A stretch of 64,000 bases of DNA from Candidatus Obscuribacteraceae bacterium. Its GTDB lineage: Bacteria; Cyanobacteriota; Vampirovibrionia; Obscuribacterales; Obscuribacteraceae. The notes under the pieces were generated by a model. That model searched no databases, was not told where the DNA came from, and saw only the letters and a program-made list of their open reading frames with translations. The stretch spans positions 96,001-160,000 of the forward strand of contig JBGAHS010000011.1 of NCBI GenBank assembly GCA_044226015.1, given 5' to 3'. The first letter of the stretch is position 1; every line of letters begins with the position of its first letter. Made by a program: the position numbers and the translations under genes. Below, piece after piece: positions 60,758 to 64,000 of this stretch.

Positions 60758-61042
60758 AAAGTCTCCCGTGTGCTTGATTATTAAGTAACCGATGACCCAC
60801 TTTCATCTTATCGTATATTGCACACCCTACCATCCTCCAAAATGCCTAGTACCGTAGTTTTCCAACCAATCAGTTAGTGAAGGACTAGCTTTAGAGAGGT
60901 ATTCCGCATATTAGTAGGCTTTGAAGGTCACAGATTAAATCTCGCGACGAGGCAATCGACTACAAAATTAGCCGAAAAACTTCGTTGAAAGTCGCAAATA
61001 GTGAGTCGCTTTACCCGGCAAGCAACCCAAACTCACATGAAT

Positions 61043-64000
61043 CTAAAGACTGGACAAACAGGTCAAATTTTTCGATTTTGGAATTTGCTTGAATTGTTCA
61101 CTGCGACCGCGGGTTTGAAGTCCGGCAACTGTTGTCTTGAGCAAATGATGAGAGAATTTCTTGGCATTTGGATGCTTAGAATTCACCAGTTGTTTCAGAG
61201 GCTGCACAACTTTTAGAGCAAGCGGAACATAAAACTCGGAACTAAAGGCGCTCAGCTCAGAATCTAGCTCAAGTTTTGTGATTCCACGATACGCAAAGAG
61301 TTGTGCTGGGTTGAGATGCTCAAACTCAGCAGACTTCTCAGAACTGAGTAAGACACTACTTCCAGGGAAGAGATGGAACTCGTGATTCCTTGTACTGACC
61401 TTCACAGCAGCTCTGTGCGTATCATCCAGATCATATACCGCGACTCCATTTGAGAAGTTGAGTACCAAAACCATTGAACCCGCGGAAATATGAATGACAC
61501 CATATGGAGTATTAATAGTCTTGTCCGAATCAGCAACCACAAAAACTGACTTACTCACATGGTTCGCCAAACTAATGGCACCGTATTCTGTGAGCGCAAC
61601 AGGACGAAGCCCTTGCTGTTTGCTTTCAGGCTTAATACCAAATTCCAACTGGGTAATTAGTTCTGCCGGAATTTCTCCATTTACCAGCTCAGTCTCAGTG
61701 ACATATTGAGGTTGATTCGAGGAAGCAATGGATGCTGCTGATTGTGAATATATACCGCTTTTTAGAGTTGAAATGCCAGGACTCGCAGTCAAAGTAGGGC
61801 TAATCGCAAGAGGCGGAGTAGCCAGCAAGTGCCTAAATGGGCTTGCACTTATCGTCCCACCGGCACCTGAATAAGTTAAGGTGTTTGCTCCAATCGAGAG
61901 AGAATTTCCAGACATTCCGCCGCCAATGATCAGACCTCCACCGCTAGCGACGATACTCCTGCTGCCCTGTGAAGATGCTTCCAGTGTATCTGAATTTCCT
62001 TGCTCAGAAGGAGGAGCTGAGCCCAGTGCTGAAGAAACGGGAGGAGCTGTGGGAGACACGCTGACTGGTGGGTCAGCCATAATGAGAGTATGAGCACCTG
62101 TAGGTGTGCCACCATTGACGGTGATAGCTGAGCTTGGTCTAGCTCCTGTATTGAACTCAACTGAGACCGCGCCAACAATGGTCATGTCAACACGGGTTGG
62201 ATTGACTACCTTAATTCCGTTGCTGCCGAAAAGGAAATTTGGATCTCCAGGCGGATTGTAGTTCACACCCGCTGGCGCCGTCCCTTGTACACCAGACGAG
62301 CCACCTATAAGAATTTGGACACTGCCACCCCCGATCCCATTCGTCGTAATCTGCGAACCAGCGCCAATCACAATGTTGCCTTTGGCCGTGTCTAGATTCA
62401 ATAGCTTGAGCCCACCGCCAAATACTGTGAGGTTGGCGCCAGGTGCTGTACTCAGGGTTCCCTTAGAACTAATGTTCATGTCGCCTGATGAAGCGACAAT
62501 TACATCATGAAGGGTCAGTGAGCCGGGGGTGCTGAGAGTAAATGCGCTAAGTGAAGAGGAGTTATTCAAATTAAGAGGACTGACGCTCTTGTTACTCACA
62601 TTCACTTCGCCTTGTGAGGCGAGTGTGAGATTCGTTGTATTTACACTGATAGCACCACCAACAATCGAACCAAACCCAGCGAAGGAATACACATCAAGGG
62701 ATTTGGATATTACAGTATTCCCCTGGAAGTCAACTGCTGCTCCGATATTCGCAGCAGTCAATTTGACCAGATTCGTCACTCCAGCTTTCCCTGCTCCCTG
62801 CTGCAACGTAATGTTACCGTTATCACTCAGCAAAAAGAGACTGCTGACGTTGTCCATTGCACCATTAGTGGTGATGCTATTGGTACTACTCACTGCCAAT
62901 GACTTCATCGAGGTACCTAGGACAAAGATCGATGTCCCAGCCGATGAGCTGTTTAAAGCATTAACCAGCCCTTTGGTTGAAGTCTTTAAGACAGAACTGT
63001 TGATCGCAAACCCTGTGCTCTTGTCGGTACCAGAACCGAAAGAATGCGAGGTGGTACTGCGCAAAGATATCGTACCGGTAGCTTGTACAAATCCACTTCC
63101 AAGAGTCTTGCTATCGGCCCCATTCGAATTCAGTGTAACACCAGCGGTAGAGGCAGTACCGATTTGCGTTTTGTCAGCAACGGTAATGCCTTTAGCGGTC
63201 ATCGTGATATTTGACCCACCAATGGTGCCGTTGGTTTGCACTGGTCCCGCACTAATCAAGCTGAATGTATCCACCGAAGCAGAACTTGACGCATTCAGTT
63301 TCACGACAGTGGTGCCGGTATTCTGCACATTTACAAAGGCATTGGTTGAATTCAAAGTAAGACTCGTACCCGCATTTACTTTCAGCGGCGTTACGTTGTC
63401 GCCGATGGCGCCTGTTCTACTGACAGTAATGTTGTTGCCACTCAATGTAGTGATGGGGTCGTTTGAGGAACCGAAAACACTTAGATTTCCATTACCAACC
63501 GTTTTTGACGTAGTAGATAATGCAATTGACTTGTTTCCATTCATGGCTCCCGAAACCTGAACGCTGTTAAGTGCGGAAACCTTCACAGTGTCGGGCGCCT
63601 TGCTTGCTCCTATAGTGACGAGTGATACATCGCCTTTAGCCACAGTAACATTTATCGCTTTTGTGGCGCTCAAATCCGCGTTGCCGGTAGCGCTTACAGA
63701 CGCTCCTGTATTGCTAGCAGTTAGATTTACTGTACCTCCGTTCAGATTGCTACTGATCTGAATTTTCTGATTGGCTCCAGTGACCGTTTCGGTCAAGGTT
63801 CCAGTCGGAAGAACTGTTATTCCTTCGCCTTTTGCACCACCATTGTTATCAATACCATTAGCAGCTAACACGGTAAACGATTTAGGCTGGATATTCACCC
63901 CGACAGAACCAAGGCTAACTTTACCGAGGCTAGCTGTGACGGAAACAGAATTACCGGAACTCAGATCAGATTGGAATACGAGGACATCACCCTTACTAGA
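61043..64000 (-). CDS. C-terminal part of a third giant beta-helix-like protein (giant 3), continuing beyond the window
   Basis: The frame stays open from 63898 to 64000 (checked codon by codon). It has the same sub-terminal module, ADPP motif and C-terminal domain as giant 1. Confidence 0.85.
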   Translation of the reverse strand, partial: SSKGDVLVFQSDLSSGNSVSVTASLGKVSLGSVGVNIQPKSFTVLAANGIDNNGGAKGEGITVLPTGTLTETVTGANQKIQISSNLNGGTVNLTASNTGASVSATGNADLSATKAINVTVAKGDVSLVTIGASKAPDTVKVSALNSVQVSGAMNGNKSIALSTTSKTVGNGNLSVFGSSNDPITTLSGNNITVSRTGAIGDNVTPLKVNAGTSLTLNSTNAFVNVQNTGTTVVKLNASSSASVDTFSLISAGPVQTNGTIGGSNITMTAKGITVADKTQIGTASTAGVTLNSNGADSKTLGSGFVQATGTISLRSTTSHSFGSGTDKSTGFAINSSVLKTSTKGLVNALNSSSAGTSIFVLGTSMKSLAVSSTNSITTNGAMDNVSSLFLLSDNGNITLQQGAGKAGVTNLVKLTAANIGAAVDFQGNTVISKSLDVYSFAGFGSIVGGAISVNTTNLTLASQGEVNVSNKSVSPLNLNNSSSLSAFTLSTPGSLTLHDVIVASSGDMNISSKGTLSTAPGANLTVFGGGLKLLNLDTAKGNIVIGAGSQITTNGIGGGSVQILIGGSSGVQGTAPAGVNYNPPGDPNFLFGSNGIKVVNPTRVDMTIVGAVSVEFNTGARPSSAITVNGGTPTGAHTLIMADPPVSVSPTAPPVSSALGSAPPSEQGNSDTLEASSQGSRSIVASGGGLIIGGGMSGNSLSIGANTLTYSGAGGTISASPFRHLLATPPLAISPTLTASPGISTLKSGIYSQSAASIASSNQPQYVTETELVNGEIPAELITQLEFGIKPESKQQGLRPVALTEYGAISLANHVSKSVFVVADSDKTINTPYGVIHISAGSMVLVLNFSNGVAVYDLDDTHRAAVKVSTRNHEFHLFPGSSVLLSSEKSAEFEHLNPAQLFAYRGITKLELDSELSAFSSEFYVPLALKVVQPLKQLVNSKHPNAKKFSHHLLKTTVAGLQTRGRSEQFKQIPKSKNLTCLSSL

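Noticed and set aside
41285..63560. Many plus-strand ORFs inside the giant genes (for example 45793-46488, 53169-53684, 62529-63560)
   Set aside because: These are antisense shadows of Gly/Ser/Thr-rich codons, giving Pro-rich translations with no recognisable motifs.

Overview
A gene-dense bacterial chromosomal window. The gene style suggests a non-photosynthetic cyanobacterial relative such as Vampirovibrionia/Obscuribacterales, but this is inference only. I recognised no rRNA, tRNA, CRISPR array or transposase. Left part: a partial Ser/Thr kinase, an RDD-TPR protein, an RNase J homologue that has lost most zinc ligands, a TPR protein, a B12-dependent acyl-CoA mutase large subunit with isobutyryl-CoA-mutase signature residues, hutU, and two diguanylate cyclases flanking a GntR-wecB-PIG-L operon with a double palindromic operator. 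Middle: a 3076-aa multidomain toxin-like protein (87-bp repeats, annexin-like repeats, hydrophobic helices, ART-like domain, two FHA domains, anthrax-LF-like HExxH protease, phosphothreonine-lyase-like C-terminus) followed by small candidate immunity genes. Next come a convergent two-component pair, two divergently transcribed paralogous minor-pilin (PilV/W/X-like) triads, a degenerate Nudix protein and an ECF sigma factor. Right part: three giant Gly/Ser/Asn-rich beta-helix-like exoproteins (about 2900 aa, 2746 aa and one partial). All three share a C-terminal domain, the two complete ones share an N-terminal domain, and Asp-Pro motifs sit at the domain junctions. They are interspersed with aspartate kinase and a candidate structured ncRNA. 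All domain calls are from visual motif recognition; no database search was run.
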